A stretch of 52,534 nt of DNA, filler included, from Sphacelaria rigidula (GCA_964200075.2; 4 parts of 4 records of this genome joined end to end with filler, not necessarily neighbours in it), one strand, 5' to 3'. Counted from the first letter of the whole stretch, positions 1 to 13,159 are shown. A program made the numbers and translations. The notes: a model not told the origin generated them from the letters alone.

Positions 1-852
1 TTCCCAGCTATTTTTTGGATACGGCTCCCAACACTCTACCCTGACTTGAGTACCCCAAGTACGTCTTTCAAAATACCCCGTAATTGAGTATATTCTACTC
101 GACCTGCCCTTGGAGAGTTCATTTGCGTTTTACACAAGGCGGAAATGTCACCGGCATCAACCGTTGGATAACGAACTTCAACTCCCCCATGTCCGGCATC
201 ATTACTTGGGTTCGGTGTGGGACTAGATAGCTGCTCTGCGTGTTCAACAACTGGGGGTGACCCAACACTACCCCGCGCACGCAACAGTGCCTACAAGGAG
301 GCAGGCCTGTGTCACCCCGTCGGTTGTGATGCCCTTGCTGTATCACTTAACTCGTTCGTCGCGCGGAATGCTGCAAGCTACGAGCCCTGCCCCGTGTATG
401 CGGTTTCGCTCGATGCCATTCCATCTACGTTTGGTTTCAGAAGCTGTGGTGACGTGCGCGCGTGTGCATTTCTAGCTCAAAACTAGAGGGGAAAAGTAGG
501 TGAACTAAAAAGGCCTTGCAGAGAACAAGGAATATATAGGTAGCTTGACCGCGGGCGACAAAACACTTTTAATAGATCGTCGCACTTGAACCGATCCCCT
601 CCCAGCCATGGTCACCTGGTAGACCTACCCGAGACAAGAAACAAAACTTAACACACTCGCCAAGAAAATGAAAAAAAAAAAACAGAAAAAGGTGAAACAC
701 ATCCAACAGAGTAGACTTCGCACACACAAAAAACGAGAGGACAACACAAAGCACAAATAAAGTGGTCAGCCTCTGGCACATGGTTTCATTGGAAAAGGTT
801 TTGCGCAGAAACCACGCATACTCAAGCGTAGGAAATAAATGGCATTCAAATC

Positions 853-925
853 TCAACCCGTGGACAGCGAGAGTAGGTCATCTGCTGAATCGGCATCAAT
901 TTCACTTGAAAAAATATGTATGGTC
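853..925 (+). repeat. Dispersed repeat, second copy at about 16686-16760
   Basis: Shared GGAC(A/G)GCGAGAGTAGGTCAT...ATCGGCATCAATTTCACTTGAAA. Confidence 0.75.
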
Positions 926-931
926 GAGTAA

Positions 932-1168
932 TGCCGAGATAGCCCCCCCCCAAAAGTGCACCGGAGACCGTCCGACAAACCGGCTGCGATCTCACTACTG
1001 GGCTCGTTTACAGCAATTTCGCCCACATGAGAGGCGTGTAGAAGTCTGGAATCAGCTCTAATGCCCAAATGAGTCGCGTCGTGCAGGACGAAACCAGCTT
1101 TAACGGCACTTATGATCATCGCCTCCGTGCACGTTTTTGGCCGGTTCGGGGGGGGGGCTATCTCGGCA
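932..1168. mobile_element. MITE-like element with about 20-bp terminal inverted repeats, in the ELF1 intron
   Basis: TGCCGAGATAGCCCCCCCCC at 932 and GGGGGGGGGCTATCTCGGCA ending at 1168. Confidence 0.6.
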
Positions 1169-1641
1169 GCAGTCGGTCCAGATGGACTAATATACGTTCG
1201 CGGTCCATGGGTCATCAATCCAAAATCGGCTCTTGATACGCATATTACTACGCAACTCAGGATGCTTGTGCGGAGATATTGGTACACCTCACACCGCCAG
1301 TACGCCTCCCTGCACTGAGTTTTCCTGTCAGTACTCCAAGGTTCACTACTCAACACAAGTAAGCACGCAGAGTTGGGCAATGTCATACAATTGAATATAA
1401 GGGTTTCGGCAGTGGTCTTCGGATCATTTCTTGGGCTGCTAACCAGCGATATTCGCGATGGAACGGCAAGGACGATACCATATATACGTATATCCAGCCG
1501 GCATCATAGTCTCAAAATTAAACCCGGCTGTTTTTGGAAGTTCCGGTGGAGGTGCGGGAAAACACCATGTCACCAGCGTTAACTGAGACCGAAAATACCC
1601 CACACGTTACACTTGTACTCCCCTAGGAGTTTCAAAACTTG

Positions 1642-1664
1642 GAGAGAGAGAGAGAGAGAGAGAG
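1642..1664. repeat. (GA)n microsatellite
   Basis: Direct inspection. Confidence 0.9.
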
Positions 1665-1720
1665 CGACGAATTATCTAGCCCTCCACGAACGGAGACAGA
1701 CGGAGCGAGGTGGAACTCAC

Positions 1721-2308
1721 AATTGATGGCCATCTGGTAGTCGACTTCGCACATGCGACATTGCAGTGTCGCCGTTCCCTCCTTCCGCTTCCTGGTTCAC
1801 AAGCAAAGACGAGAGCAAGACGGAGATGCAGGATGATTCGAACGTGCCCAGAGTACACTTGACAAACTGTTCCCGGTTACAGCACGATATTGGAGTAAAG
1901 TCGCGGTGTTGCGGTTGGAGCCATATCGCGTGTCGAAATGAGCTATCCGACCCAGAGACTACCGGAGCAGGAAAAGAGCAGTTTTGGTGGGATGCACAAC
2001 CCGTGCTAGCTCTGAGCCACTCTCGACACCTGGGTAGGGCATAGGTTGGTCTACCTTGTGTCGGTCCGGCCAGGGCAATTTACTTCACAGATCATGTGCT
2101 GTACTCTTTACCAAGCACTGCCTGTGAAACATTGCCTGCGCAAGTACTGCTGAGAAAGAAGCGCGCGTGTCGATATGATTTTGCCTTTTGCTCACATTAT
2201 GCACTCCACCACATTGTCGTGGTTGCAGAACGGACACTTGAAGACGGTGGCCAGCTTGGAGTCCTTCTTCACTTTGATAATCTTCGTTGACTTCTTTCGC
2301 CGACCCAT
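1721..2308 (-). CDS. ELF1: Transcription elongation factor 1 homolog (Elf1/ELOF1 zinc ribbon); exons 2308-2196 and 1791-1721; last exon not found, probably left of the window
   Basis: Spliced translation MGRRKKSTKIIKVKKDSKLATVFKCPFCNHDNVVECIMKRKEGTATLQCRMCEVDYQMAIN has the basic N-terminus, FxCPFCNH and second CxxC of Elf1. Donors GTGAGC and GTGAGT, acceptor CCAG, phases consistent. Not in the ORF track. Confidence 0.93.
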
Positions 2309-2851
2309 TCTGCTCTTTGTCTATGTAGGTGTGTACTGTCGTCAACGCCTAAACGCGCAGTAAAAGCAAGCAGATGAACCCACTACGTAATCGTTCGCCG
2401 GCGAATACTTTGCTGGGCAAAATACAGAAGGGTCCACTTGGTTCCTAGCCGATATCTCGATACTACTTACGCCTCGGTGGATACTCTCACCGCGTGCACG
2501 GGGAACCCCGGCTGGGAACAGAGCTTTGAAATAAGTATACACTTTAACATATCATGATCCAATTGAAGAATGATTAAGCCATTTTCCACAATCATCTGTG
2601 ACCGTCGCCGAGCCACGCTCTGGTATCACTGACTGTATTGGGCATCGAAAGGGTACCGTACAGTAGCCATTGCAGCTTTCATTAGTGCCTTGTGCCGTGA
2701 GCAACTCTTGCAAGCATTGATTTTGTGTGCCTGCGAGATAAACCGATAGTACAATATTTCGGCGCTCAAAAAGGAGGGCTCTCGCTGCCCAGGGCCTAGA
2801 GCAGCTTACAGACAGCAGGTGACAAGGAGGACAGCGGCGTATTGAGGCAGC
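2309..2851. promoter_or_regulatory. Putative bidirectional promoter/5' UTR region between ELF1 and PHB1
   Basis: Divergent start codons only 543 bp apart; no promoter motif identified directly. Confidence 0.5.
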
Positions 2852-5800
2852 ATGGACAAAATATTGAGGAACGTGTCGGGGTTGGGCGTGGTGGTGGCAG
2901 GGGCAGCCGCTGTGTGAGTTACAGTCGTGATAGTTCCCGCAAAATATCACCAGTGGTCGCTTGCTTCTGTTCAATTTTGTGGCTGCACTAGTTCAGTACA
3001 GCACAGTACTGTACAGCACCGTAAACTGACTCGGTTACGACCGTGGCTCCTTCCTTGATGCGGATCAGAGATGTTTTTGTTGGCGTTGAGAAGACACCGC
3101 AGCTATCATGACGAGGATGCAGGCGGTGATTATGCATGATATCTATTTACAGCCTCCGATTTTGTGGCTTATCGATCGGCTTAAGATGAGCTTGCTTGAT
3201 GTTGACCCCTCTTCTTACTTCAGACGGCCTTGACTGGCAATCCTGTCCGCGACGGTCGACAGCTCGACTTGGACTGGCAGTGCAGAGTGGAGACCTCCGC
3301 AGAGTTCGATGCTCCGGAACTTCTGTCTGTGGCCATTCCCTCCAGAGCTTGAAAGATATACTCAGCACCAAGTCGGAACAGTATCTGTAGTGACCGACAG
3401 TAATTGCACGATGATGTCATCTAGGCGCGTGTAGACTTTGTTGTGCTACTGACTGCGATTGTACCCCTGTTCAACGTCGTAGCCCCGCAGCACTCCGTAT
3501 CACGAGTGGCAGCATGCTTCGTCAGGGGCTGACTTACAAGAACATACGGGCTTCTAGGAAAAGCACCGAGGCAAAATAACCCCACCGTGATAAGTTCGTG
3601 TCATTTCTGATGGCTTCATGAAGTATGTTATAGCTCTTTGCGCGCGACCGGAAGGCTGAAAACGGGAACTCTTTTGGCTTCTTCGGCTAGAGAATGCGGT
3701 GCATTCACATGCCGATGAGAAGAATGCCCGTGTTTGTCACATGATTGTAATACGCAACTGTTGGAAACATGTGATCGACATTTCAAGGCATACCCCCGCC
3801 ATCTATGGACACTATCGCTAGGTGCCAGACAAGTTCAGAGGTATCCACAATCCACCGCAGTATGGGGGTGTGCTTTCCTGTGCCGTCGGTGCGATATTGG
3901 GCGAGTAACGGGAAAATGCGTCAAAGTCTGTCGCGCCTAACCGTCAGTTTGACTGACGCAGTTGTCTGAAAAAACAGACAACACTGCTTCACTTCACGGC
4001 CTATCGAAATAAAACGAAGCAGACAACTAACCGGGTAGTTGAGAGCTACGCTGTGAGCCATCGAGTTTTTTTGTGTCTCGTGCCGTGTATCTCGTGATTG
4101 CCCTGGAACAAGTTCGGGGTTAAGGGTGATATTCGCTGTGGTTCGCAACGTCCATCTCCGTCTCTTGCTGCACGTTGTGAAATTCATGTGGACTCGAAAC
4201 CAATGGCGTCGAGCAGGATCAGCTAGGCAGCTGTTTCTCGCAAGCCCTCCCTCCTTTTTTTTGCAAGACAGGTCTCCACTGTACGGCGTTTGACGGGCTG
4301 GTACTGTTGTGGGAGTGTAATATAGCGCCCATGAAAGTTGGGGCTTTGTATGGACCGGCAAGCCAGTATGCCGGCTGCCTGGCCGCTCATTCGACTGACT
4401 GTTTTTTTCAAAGGTAGTGCACGATCTCGATAGTCACCCCTACTCCCCATACCGGCACCACTCACTAAAAAGTCGATTGCAATCGCCACCCTCATGGTGC
4501 CAAACAAACCATCCCTCTCTGCCCATCCCCATCATTCTCCACCCGCCTCAACAGCGAAATGTGCCTCTTCAATGTAGACGGCGGGCAGCGAGCAGTAATC
4601 TTCGACCGCTTTCAGGGAGTCAAGGATACCGTGGTCTCAGAGGGCACCCACTTCATGATCCCCTTCATTCAAAAACCGATCATCATCGACGTGCGCGCGC
4701 GACCGCGCACCATCAACTCCATTACGGGAACCAAGGACCTCCAGATGGCCAATATTTCTTTGAGGGTGCTGTCTCGGCCGCTGGAGCCGGAGTTGCCCCG
4801 CATCTACCAGGAATTGGGGACGGATTTCGACGACAGGGTATTGCCGTCTCTGGGAAACGAGGTGCTTTCCTTGTGGACACGTACAGCGCCCGAGTTTTTC
4901 TGGGTTGTAATTGCACCTGGAAAAGTAGAAAGTGTCTTGTATCCGTAGGCATCCAACAAGTATGAGACCGCGAATGGTGCGTTTGTGCGCTGCGCAAATG
5001 TTATGCCCCAAGCACAAGCGCGACGGTCGCGGAACATGGGCCATTTCGATCTGGGCTGGGCTGCCGGTTGTTGAAACTTCCTTCCATACTGAATTCTTCG
5101 TTCTTTGTAGTCCATGACATGGGTAAAAAAAAAACCCATCGTTTGAGGTTGGGGGTTCGACTCATGGGCTGGGAGCTTTTTATTCTTGGTCCGGGAAAAT
5201 AGAGCATGCTGCAAAACGAATTAACTGCAGAATCAACAGGTGTTCGACGCGAACATAGTTCCGTCGTCATTCTCCAACATGGCGAGCGGGTTGAAGTGCT
5301 AGCTTCGCTCACCGCGCTATAACGCAAGGCAGCCGCGAAGGCATTGAACTTATAGATAGCCTTTGGAACCCCATGGTCTCCAGTTGTGAGACAGATGGTA
5401 TGGAGGATACAAACACTACTCAGTGGTGTTGTCGTTGGTCTGGATGTGTGGGAGGTGATCCTTTGGGCACCGTAGCTCACGCAGACGTGCACGCTATCCG
5501 AACATGCAAAAAAAAACAAGATAGTTTCGAAGATCGGTATTGTTGTTGCACATGCAAAACTAGGGCGAAAGTAAGCGAAATAAGCTAGCCGCCGCATTTC
5601 TGCCGATGACTTGACGTTTTGTCTGTCTCCGACCCCCGAATGTACATGAAAACCTTCCCATGACAGGTGTTGAAGGCGGTGGTTGCCAAGTACAACGCGG
5701 AGGAGCTGCTCAGCAAGCGTGAGTCGGTAAGCCATCGCATCCGAGAAGAGCTGATCGCACGCGCTCGACAGTTCCACCTCATCATGGACGATGTGTCCAT

Positions 5801-6498
5801 TACGCACCTCACCTTTGGCCACGAGTTCACCAAGGCTATCGAGAACAAGCAGGTGCGTCATCTTTTCATCCTCGGAGGCGATGCCTTTTTGTACCCTTTC
5901 CCCGCGCTTCTGGGCACCTGTTCGATGGCGATGATCGAGACCGTCGAAATTAACCCGTTCCACACATCTCACTAACAAAGTTTAATGAGGGGAAAGTTTC
6001 CGAGTATATATATAGGCATCTACCGTGTACCCGAGCTGTCTTTTTATGTCTCTGATTCGCCACGATTGAACTGAGGATGCGCTACTCGAGAACACGAGAT
6101 ATCAAGGGGGAGCTCAGATCAACTTCGAATACACATTATTTTCATGAGCCTGTATGATTTCTCTGACCCCTCGAGATCGTTATACATGCACCTCTACCCC
6201 CATCCTTCCTGTGCCCTTCCCTCAACCCCAGGTGGCACAACAAGAGGCGGAGAGGCAGGTGTACGTGGTAGCGCTGTCGGATCAGGAGCGACTGGCGGCA
6301 ATCATCAGGGCAGAGGGGGAGGCCGAGGCGGCCGAGCTGATCTCAGCCGCGCTGAAGGAGTCCGGAATCGGCCTGATCGAGGTCAGGCGCATCGACACCG
6401 CAAAGGAGATCGCGCACACGCTGGCGGGGTCCCGGAATGTCACCTACCTGCCCAGCGGAAATGGATCCAACATGCTTCTCGGCCTGAACACGTCCTAA
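2852..6498 (+). CDS. PHB1: Prohibitin (PHB1-type SPFH/band-7 mitochondrial protein), complete, 273 aa; exons 2852-2913, 4555-4861, 5667-5852, 6232-6498
   Basis: [44 protein letters not shown]...[19 protein letters not shown]...[27 protein letters not shown]...[25 protein letters not shown]...[11 protein letters not shown]...SRNVTYLP. All introns GT-AG and in phase; 822 nt including stop. Confidence 0.96.
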
Positions 6499-7997
6499 TT
6501 TTGTCCCGGTTTCGAGTTTTCCGTGATGTAGTAGACGGGATGGAAGTTCTACGAGGTGGGGGCTGCAAGGAGTCATCTAAGTTGTTGAAGAGTATGACAC
6601 AACTGACGTTTTCATGATGATGTAGATCCATCCTAGCTGACGGTTACAATATCGGGAACGCGTTTTGTCCTGGGCGGCGGGCGGCCGGGCGTAGTGTACG
6701 TTTATAGTGCCCGTGTCTTTGAGCTCGCGCCCAGGCGGCACGCAGGCAAGGCCATCCTAAGGCGCGGGGGGAGAACCTAGGTTGAGAAGAGAGTCGGCCT
6801 TGAGCTCTCTCGCCGTGATGTTTCATGACAGCGTTCACGCGAGTTTCATGTCGGACGAAATCGCTGGTCAGCAGGGAGGGTGCAAGGATGCGTGAGCTAC
6901 ACACCGTATCAGTTATGTTTGTGCTCACGACCACCAGGTCGGCTGCGTGAGGTTTCATTTTTGGGATCACGCAATGCTGAGGCCTGAGGAAGCTACGGCG
7001 TTGGCAATAAACATGTCCCTTTTTTCAGTTCAAAAGTCAGCACACAGGCATCGTGCGTTCTCAAGAACTGCAGGCGGTGCAGACACCCGACACAAAATTC
7101 CCTCAGTATCACTGACAGTCCTGCCACATCCGAGGCGGTACACACGAGGTGAGAGTCGTGATACAGTAGGGGTGCACTTTTTTGGCCATACCTTGTCCAA
7201 GGATGTCCACGTCTTGTGATGTTTCGCCTATAAGAGGATCGCCTCGCGTTCACGGACAACTTCGTTTTAACTGTCGGTAGTAATGGGAGTGCGCGAGAGT
7301 CTCCATCTAACTCCAGTACGCCGGCCCAGAACATTTTTGTGCACCCCTTCTGTTTCATCTCACTGCGCTGCGAGTGATTCTCGCCGTTATGTAACCCTTA
7401 CTGTGCTCTCGACCTCTCTGTAGGGTAATCGCATCCATCAGCGCTGCATAATGCCTGTCAATTGACACAAAACATCCATTCCGCCAGATTCAGTGCCTAG
7501 CATTTTATAGACGGAGAACCCAAAGAATCGAGAAACACTTTGCCGAGCCAGTCGAGGAGCGACTTGACTGAACGTTCTCAGCCGTGTGGTGAATCCGTTG
7601 CGTACTTGAAATTGAAATGGCCTCGTCAATCAACAGGAACCTAGAACTCCAGATTTCTAGAGATGGTCGATTAATGCTCAAAATACCTTCATTTCCGAAG
7701 CCTCTGATATCCTCGAGTATGATATAGACACGTGGCTATAAGCACACAACACTGTTACAGGCGAAAGCAAAATCGATCAAGTTAGATCGACTCATGAAAC
7801 TCACGCTGAATCAAATATGCTAAGACGCTCAATCTGGTGAAAAGTTTATTACACCTGAGAGGTCCGACTTGCAAAAAAAACGCACCAAAAGTGACTCCGT
7901 TCAAGTCACCATTCCCCGCAGCAACAGGTGCAAACGAGAGACTGTCTTGTGTGTTGTCGAGTTGTCATCCCATATTTTCTGGACGCCGGTCTACACC

Positions 7998-8260
7998 TTT
8001 CGGTATGTGTGGGCGCACCAGCCGGGTTACACAGGAGGAAGGTCAACACAGGCGTTTTGTCCTGTTATTTATTTTTAGTTCTCCACCTTCCCTCTGCGGT
8101 GCTCGCCTTTTTTTCAAATCGCGACAATGGTTCAGCAGTCACTTTCCGTTGTCGACTGTCAAGTCGAATTTTGTGTACCCACGACAGTGTCACTCTCCAC
8201 TGTCAGGCATTATTTGAGAAAAAATCCTAGATCGCTCCGAGATTCGAAACCACGGCACTG
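7998..8260. repeat. Dispersed repeat, possibly SINE-like; second copy at about 13400-13600
   Basis: Both copies share GTGGGCGCA.CAGCCGGG...ACACAGG.GGAAGG.CAAC, TTTAGT.CTCCACCTT and AAGTCGAAT.TTGTGTACCCACGACA. A weak B-box-like GGTTTCGAATC lies on the minus strand at about 8241-8254. Confidence 0.7.
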
Positions 8261-9765
8261 GCACGTTCTGTCTCTCTTCACCGAGTAGATGGCGCCATGA
8301 ACAATCCGGCATAGGAAAACCATACTCTCCGCCCCCCCTCCCACCAAACGACGACTACACCGACAGACGATATCGAGGGTAGAGCATGAAAAAGATCACA
8401 CCACGAACTTTTCCTCTTCGGCAAACCACCAAAAGGGTCAGGGGTGGCGTGAAGTGCCCAGTCTCCGCAACATACACGAGCTATGAGCAACGAACCACAG
8501 GATCAGCGGTCTGCGGTAATCTGATTAATCCAAAAACGAGTCATCCTGGGCGAAAGTCACTATGCGCCGTTGGATAAAAAAATACTTGTGGTGTTCATTT
8601 CTGCCCGCCCAGTCCTTTGTCTTTTGTGAATACCGCAAAAAAACTCTCTGCGCTGCGCTCACACATATTGCCTCTAAATACGCCTACGCCTCGATCGAGA
8701 CTATTTCCCCCCCCCATTGTCAAATCACTTACAAATCGAAGGTTTGTTGATCCCTGAGAACACTTGCTGCATCTTGTGCACAGGACGTGGTAAAAAATCT
8801 CATGTTCGCTTGGGAACCAACTCTCCCCGTGCTTCCCCAGCAAATCCCTCTCACATAAACTGACACCAGGCAAACTAACACGGAAAATAGGCGGTTCAAT
8901 ACACATCGCTGCCGGGAATCATACAACGGTCATCCTCCGACAACGCAGACACCAGCGCACCCCCCCCCCCTCGCATTTCAAACAACGACACTTACACCCC
9001 TCTCCACGCATAACTGCAATTTTCCACCCGTACATTCCGGAGTTTTGCCCCCGCCCCTTTCCACCCTGGCACCTCCCGGAGGTCCCTCTGGTCCCCTCCG
9101 TAATCCCCGTCTTGATGGGGGAAGGGTACCCTGTGCCTCGATGCCTGGATAGTGACCAACTGCACCCTACGCCGAAGGCTAGTGGTCGACCCCTCCTCGG
9201 CTCCACGCAAAATTCGCCCCCTGCCTCTGCGTGTACCTACTCAAGCATACGACGCCGTCGAGACATTTCCATCTGCAATTTTCACACGAGGCGGCCGTCG
9301 GATTGGTCAGGGTCCGTCCAAGGGAAAACGGCGAAAAGTGAGCAATGAACAGCATATATTCAAGGGTCAGGCATGTCTAGTGTCAAAGATTAAGTGAACG
9401 ACTCATCGATGGAAACAATATAGACGAGATCAGTGGTCAACGAGTCGCGAGACGAGCACGGCATAGTACTGTAGCGTAAAACCGTATCATGTATCGAATG
9501 TGGATGTACAGGCAGCTAGCTCTTTTTTGAAGTATGTACTGGAGCATTCCCGCATCTTCAGAGCCACACGCGGATATGTGCTTATAGAGGAGAGTGCGCA
9601 CCGTTTCGCGCGTGAACAAGCAGCACCAACGACGCCCTCCAGGTGATGGGGAAAAGGAACATCCATAAGCGGAGTGATGTGAACGGTAAAAGTATTGCGA
9701 ATGTTGAAGCTATATAACTCGTGTGACACCAACATCAGTCACGAACGTTATAAGCTCATCGAGGA

Positions 9766-12700
9766 CTAGCACGGGTTTGATGCATCATTCAGCTCAACAA
9801 CCTCATCAACTTCGACTACGGCACGCACCAACTCGTCGTCCGAATCCACCGCATCCTCCTCCGGCTTCTCCGCCCCCGACCCATTTTTTGGAACAGCCAC
9901 AGATGCAACTGTCGGGCTGCTGTTCGACCTACCCCTGCCTCTTGCCGCCCTCGCCGCCCTCGTCGACGTCTCTACGCCGGCAGTCTTGCCGGCGCCGGCC
10001 GGCACCGACGTCGTCCCTTTTCTTCTCGCTGTAGGCGGAGCCTTAGCTGTCTTAGTCTTTGCCGTCGCAGGACCGGTGCCCCCTCGGCGGTTCAGAGTTG
10101 TGTCTGGACCAGACTTTGCGCCGGCGTTAGAAGCTCGTGCCGTCGGCGCTTTCCTACCGCGCCCGCGACGCGAGTTAGCACCGGTGGCTGCGTTATCGGT
10201 ATCATCACTAGCGCCTACGTGGATGCCGCGTGTGTGGCTGCTACTGCTGCTGCTGCCGCCGCCGTCCTTTGCCGCTGCTGTGTTACTTGCGTTATTCGCA
10301 TCGTCGGCATCGCTATCAGCATCTTTTGTTGTCTCATTCTGCGTTGCTGTTGATCGCTTTGTAGCCGTAGCCGTAGCAGCTCGCTTGCTGTTGTTATTAG
10401 CTTTGCTGGTGGTCGTGGAGGATTTTTGTTGACGATCACTGGTAGCTTTTCCCTTCGAAGCGTCACTGCCACCGCCCCTGCCGCCTTTCTTCTGTCTTTT
10501 CTGCGTCGAAAGTGCGTCACCATCGGCGTCACCAGCATCGTCTGTTGCCTTGTCCTGCTTTGCTGCTGATGGCTTCGTAGTAGCAGGCGCAGCCGAAGCA
10601 GCCCGCTTACTGTCCCTAGCTTTGCTCGTCGAGGGGGATTTCTGTCGACGGGGACTCGCAGATTTTCTAGCAGCTTTTCCCTTTAAAGTGCCACTTCCAC
10701 CGCCCCCGCTGGGGCTCTTTTTCTGTCTTTTCGGCGTCGAGAGTGCGTCTTCATCATCGTCGTCTTCCTCCGGCATATCAAAGCCATTGACTGCTGACTC
10801 CACCTTGTCGATTTCTCGTCCACCCTTTCCCTTTCCCTTCCCCTTGGTCTTTGCTGCCCGTCCGACGACGACTGGAGTCGCGGGCCCCTTTTTGACTCTG
10901 GCACCGTTGCTGTTTCCGCGGCGGATGCCACCGCCACCTCCGCGTTTTGTAGCGGAAGTTGGCCGGCCGGTCCGCTTTCCAAGCGTAGTGGCCGCTGGCA
11001 CCGCCGGTGACAAGGGATTCTCATCAGCATCTTTCTCGTTGGCGCTGTTCCTATCGATCGTTTTTGCCGCACTTTTCCGTCCCCTCACCGAGCGCACGGA
11101 ACTTCCTCCCGCCCCCGCCCTTGCCCTCTCCGCCTTGGCCTTTGGCAACGCCTCAACAGTGGCACGGCCGCCGGCGACAGGAAGCCCGCCGCCGCGGCCA
11201 TCGGCCGACGGAGCCGGCGACTGCCCAAAGTCGCCGGTCGCGCTCAGACTTTGGTCTTCCTCTGCGAAACCTTCTGCATCGTCCCCACCACCACCAGGAG
11301 TACTGCCTACCGGGCTGCCCCACTGAGGAAGATCGTGCGTAGCGGCGGCTGAGGGTGGGGAGGAGGAGCCCATGTCAGCCGAGCTCGGCGTGCTTGACGA
11401 GAGTCGAGGTGAAGATCGGCGCGGCAAGGCGGGACTCGCCAACGAAATGGGAGGTGTGTCGGACGACCTTCGCAGGGCTCTCTTCCTGCCTCCCGCAGCA
11501 GCGATGGCGGCGCTAGCTGAAGCAGTGCTTGTCGTGGAGCCCGTCCGGCGCCCGGAAGTCGGAGAGTTCCGCGACTTGTTATCCCCGGGAGAAGAGAGGC
11601 TGCGGAATAATTCGCTCTCGGAGATCACTGGTGACGACAATTGGTGATCGCTACCGGAGATTGACGCCGACTCTCCTTCCTTGGTTCGATCGTCGCTCCC
11701 ATCGCCAACTTTTCTCTCATCATCATCGACGCCCTCTTTTTCTTGCTTGCTCGAACTCACGTTAGAGGAGAGAGACGCGCGTCCAGCACGTCTTGCATAC
11801 CCGCCGCTGCCACCGGCAGCGGGATCAGTCCCGGCACTTCTTCCCGATTCTGTCGTTCCGGTAGACGACGTTCTGGGGCGAACCCTTCTCGACAGTGTAG
11901 AAGACGAGGAACCACCGCTTCCCGCTTGCTGCTCCTTACCCTCTTCTTCCCTCTGTCTCCTGTTGCTACTTCTTGTGCTACCTTGGGCACTGGAACTATC
12001 ACCATCACCAGCAGCGGCGTCGGCACCAGCTGTCGTAGAGGTGGAAGTAAAGGAAGGCGACAACAGCGGGGTGTCTGTGGCTGGGCTTTGGTCCTGGTCG
12101 TCGTCGCGAGGTGCGGGTGCAGTCGTTGCTCTTGCCGCCGCCGCCGGACTGGCGGGGTTGTTGGTCGTCGGGCGGGGTTGAAAGAGCGGGGCCGGCAGGA
12201 AGATAGCGCCCGGGTAGGGTTGGAGGTTGCTCTCCGTTCTGATTCTCCCACGCACGATCTGACACCGCGGTGGGGAGAAAATGAGGGCATGTGATGGGTG
12301 GAAGAAGGGATAGGGCTCTCCTCAGCGTCACATTAGATGCGACGCGTCAACATTGTGTTCCGTTAGTCGGTGTAAAAGAGACAAACAAGCCCTCGTGAGA
12401 TGAAAGACAGTTGCATCTGACATGTGTACTATTGTGCTGTCAACACTGCCAAGCAGGAAAACAAGGGAAGACAGGCGATTGCTACATGAGTGTGGATAAC
12501 ACGCTTCTCACGTTCCTGGGGGGGGGGGGAAGGGGTCCGCAGCGTCTGGCTCCTACACAGCTTCCACCGAAGGGTTTCCCCCCAGCATGAAGCAGCTTGC
12601 TAAGTGACCCAGTGTCAATGGCACATCGCTCTCCACCCGTATCATCACCTACGAACCCAATCTCGACGGCCCAGAGCACCAACATTGCCTTGACAGTAGT

Positions 12701-12966
12701 CATTCTTTCAGTGGGAGCATGATACTTTCAGTAGCAGCATCTGTAATTCCGTTAACACAGAAAACACAAACCTGGCGGGCGACGCGGGCGGTGAGATGTA
12801 TTCGATCGCTCGACGGATCTAGTGCATCCTGGTATGACGACGTGATGATGTCCAGCATTTGCAGCAGGAGCGACAGGTTGTCCGCCTCGCCATCCGTACC
12901 TTCCACGAGCGGAGCCAGCAGGAATGACAGGTATCGCTGGAGCTTCTTCATGCGTAGCGCATCATT
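9766..12966 (-). CDS. PDS5: Probable sister-chromatid cohesion protein PDS5, 3' part; exons 12966-12772 and 12258-9766
   Basis: NDALRMKKLQRYLSFLLAPLVEGTDGEADNLSLLLQMLDIITSSYQDALDPSSDRIHLTARVARQ/IVRGRIRTESNLQPYPGAIFLPAPLF resembles the last helical repeats and the YPGxxxLPxxLF motif ending the Pds5 folded region. It is followed by a long S/K/R/G-rich tail, as expected for Pds5. CAG acceptors and a GT donor in phase 0. Confidence 0.72.
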
Positions 12967-13001
12967 CTGGAAGCATAGACAAGAGAACCGAAAACAAAGG
13001 G

Positions 13002-13058
13002 GGTGTACTCGTGATCATGCATGCCATAGTCATCAGACCATTGACCTCGCATCCCTAC
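13002..13058 (-). repeat. About 60-bp dispersed repeat; other copies at about 17995-18053 (+) and 26331-26400 (+)
   Basis: GGGATGCGAGGTCAATGGTCT...TGCA(T/A)GATCA(C/T)GAG(T/C)ACACC in three separate pieces. Confidence 0.85.
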
Positions 13059-13059
13059 G

Positions 13060-13159
13060 NNNNNNNNNNNNNNNNNNNNNNNNNNNNNNNNNNNNNNNNN
13101 NNNTTAATTAATTAANNNNNNNNNNNNNNNNNNNNNNNNNNNNNNNNNNNNNNNNNNNN
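13060..13159. other. Artificial 100-bp linker (N-run, TTAATTAATTAA, N-run)
   Basis: Six-frame stop oligo embedded in Ns; identical to the other two linkers. Confidence 0.98.

Noticed and set aside
4559..4948. ATG at 4559 as the prohibitin start
   Set aside because: It lies just after a CAG acceptor; the upstream exon 2852-2913 supplies the N-terminal hydrophobic segment in phase.
5145..5180. tRNA gene suggested by GGTTCGACTC
   Set aside because: Isolated B-box-like motif with no cloverleaf or clear A-box.
5001..5978. 325-aa minus-strand ORF
   Set aside because: Antisense to a prohibitin exon and intron; no recognisable motif.
9986..12294. Long plus-strand ORFs (258, 183, 166, 148 aa)
   Set aside because: Antisense shadows of the GC-rich low-complexity PDS5 exon.
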